From Octopus sinensis (Eukaryota), in NCBI RefSeq assembly GCF_006345805.1, contig NC_043000.1, positions 85,684,001 to 85,748,000 of the forward strand: 64,000 nucleotides of DNA. Direction: 5' to 3'. A program made the translations under genes and the position numbers. Positions 61,951 to 64,000 of the stretch are shown here, piece after piece. Numbering within the stretch: position 1 is the first letter of the stretch; each line of letters starts with the position of its first letter. The notes under the pieces are model-generated. The model had not been told where the DNA came from. It ran no database searches and was given only the letters and a program-made list of their open reading frames with translations.

Positions 61951-64000
61951 CTACACGAACAGTAATTTATTTCATAGAAATTTAGCAGCACAAACATTAA
62001 TTTACATCAGAATGTTAATTATAATAATGACCAATAATTAATTGATTTAAAATAGGTAATTGTTTATAGCTGGTGTCGTTTATATTGCAAATATGTGACC
62101 TGCAAAAATAAATTGATAATTTAGTTTCGTCGGATTTTCATTTCTTAATTATTCATTTCACTAATTTTAAACAGGTCTCTACTCTGCTGCTGTTCAGGCT
62201 AAGTTTATTTCGGTTACATAAAATTGTTTTTATAATTCTTTTTTTTTACATATTTCCTCTGTCTTCTGAAATATTTAATTAAAACTCCACAGGTTTGAGA
62301 ATTCAGTGGATTCTACCTTTACAACCCATTTTATCGGTTGATGATCAACTAAATAACTGGTTTCTTATGTTAAAAACGTAATAGCGAATGCATAATTCTA
62401 AGTGTAAACCCCTGTTAATTTGTCATTCATTGAATTCAAACAGGTTTCCCTAATTTTGACAATACATGGGATTTTCTGAAGGATGCGTTTTTATCACCAG
62501 CCGAGGTGCAACATCTCTTAAAACCACCTGAAATAGTTAAATATTTATAGTGTTAAAATAGTTTATATTTGTGTCGCACTCTCGTAGCTGTCATTTATTA
62601 AACGAGTGCGCTGAGCAATATTGACAAACATTCGATTTCTCTTGTCTAAATATCCATTTGTTATCTTCATTTTGATTTTAAAAAAAGTAACAAAAAACAA
62701 ATAAACAAAAGCAAAACTGATTTTTGATTTCTGGGATTTTTTCCTTTTCGATTCGCTAAAATTTGCTGTCTATTTTCCGTGGGTCATCCTTAAAATGTTA
62801 GCTGACGGTATAATGTATATTTATATAGTTGCTGAGATTGATTTATTTTATAGATAAAAAAAAAATGTGACGACGTCTATTAATCCTTTAATGTTTGTTA
62901 AAATATTTCATGCGACAAATTACATAAAAAATGTTTCTATGTCAAATTGAATATAGAAGAAATAGCAACCACTGGAATGAAATAATGATTTAGGAAGTTT
63001 AACTATCGATAGTTTGGTAGAATCTTTAAAAAAGTTCCGTTATAAAGAGTGGAAGAATTTCTATTACGTCGTATATGGTGAGAAATAATTTGTCGTCAGT
63101 ATGGACTGCGTGTTGCCGCTGTGAACTGTTTTGGAATTATCTGTCAGTTGTTTAACTCTAGATAAACCCTAATGGAACTGAACTATGTTCAAAGGCGTTC
63201 CAACAGTGACCATTCCGTTTTTCTTTCTCCTGAGGTACAATATTTCTAGGATCTCTACGACTACATTGTTGAGGTAGGGCGTGGTTTGAAAAATTTGGCT
63301 GCTATTTCTTGCAGGACCAGCGACCACTTTAGTGACTTGTAAAGATCGGTAAAAGCTACCTTGTTCACTGCATGCTGTTGAAGACAACGTTACATTTCTA
63401 TAGCACGGTTATTTTGTTAAGCAATGCACCAAATGTTCATAATTTTGTAAATTATTTATTTTTATTTTTGCTGTAAAATAGGAAGATTCATTTGAAAGTT
63501 CTTGTCCGTTTCGGAGTGAATTTCCAATTAGCATTTTTTACCATTCATTTTGTATGAAGCACCTATATTGTCACACGTTATACGTTTTCTTTCATTTTTA
63601 TTTGCAGCAGTTTCCGTTTTTTTTCTTATTATTGGTCATGACTATAAATAATTTATAAATTGTCTAAATGCATCGTTCCGCTTCGTGCAAACAACAAATA
63701 TAATTTAATTCTAAAATAAAATGATTTAAGTCTATGCTTTTACAAAAAAGATCCATTAAAGCTGAAGCAATGTTCTACTAAATTCATATTCATATTAGCT
63801 TTCACTCAGTTCCATGCTCTACGTTGTTGCTGTATTATAATTTCAGTGCACCCATCTTTGAGTAATGTTGCATATGGATATGTGACAACATCGAATACAG
63901 CGTGCAACTGCTTCTAGCATAGAACAAAAGTTACATCATAATTGAGTAAAGCACTTGTAAGATTTGAAATGGCCATCGACGTATGCGAAAGAGATGTTGA

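Noticed and set aside
63250-63273. Exon-like DLYDYIVE, reminiscent of a kinase motif
   Set aside because: It runs into a copy of the interspersed repeat also at about 31.1 and 61.0 kb, and no neighbouring kinase exons were found.

Overview
AT-rich, microsatellite- and transposon-dense animal genomic DNA. It is most likely a cephalopod (Octopus-like), judged from the SINE, RTE and MITE families I recognise from memory; this was not database-verified. No prokaryotic features are present. The one complete gene is a G3BP/Rasputin orthologue on the + strand: 11 coding exons from 34248 to 49785, 1461 nt, 486 aa, with an NTF2-like domain, acidic region, Pro-rich region, RRM and RGG tail. All exon phases close correctly with GT-AG introns. 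Its probable CpG-enriched promoter and non-coding first exon lie at about 26.5-29.5 kb, and its 3' UTR runs to about 50.6-52.3 kb. The window opens with the terminal SAM-domain exon of an unidentified upstream gene (1217-1450) and ends in another CpG-enriched promoter-like region (about 61-62 kb). The rest is decayed Tc1, maT-like mariner, piggyBac, hAT, RTE, CR1-like and Penelope-like elements, several tRNA-derived SINE families and MITEs. The most unusual observations are: (1) a head-to-head dimer of a tRNA-headed element whose Penelope-like tail carries a decayed minimal hammerhead-ribozyme core; (2) a six-copy head-to-tail SINE array; (3) a piggyBac MITE next to its transposase-bearing parent in one G3BP intron; (4) a Penelope-like remnant with direct repeats in G3BP intron 8; (5) a stop-free 90-nt G3BP intron. 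Repeat boundaries are approximate.
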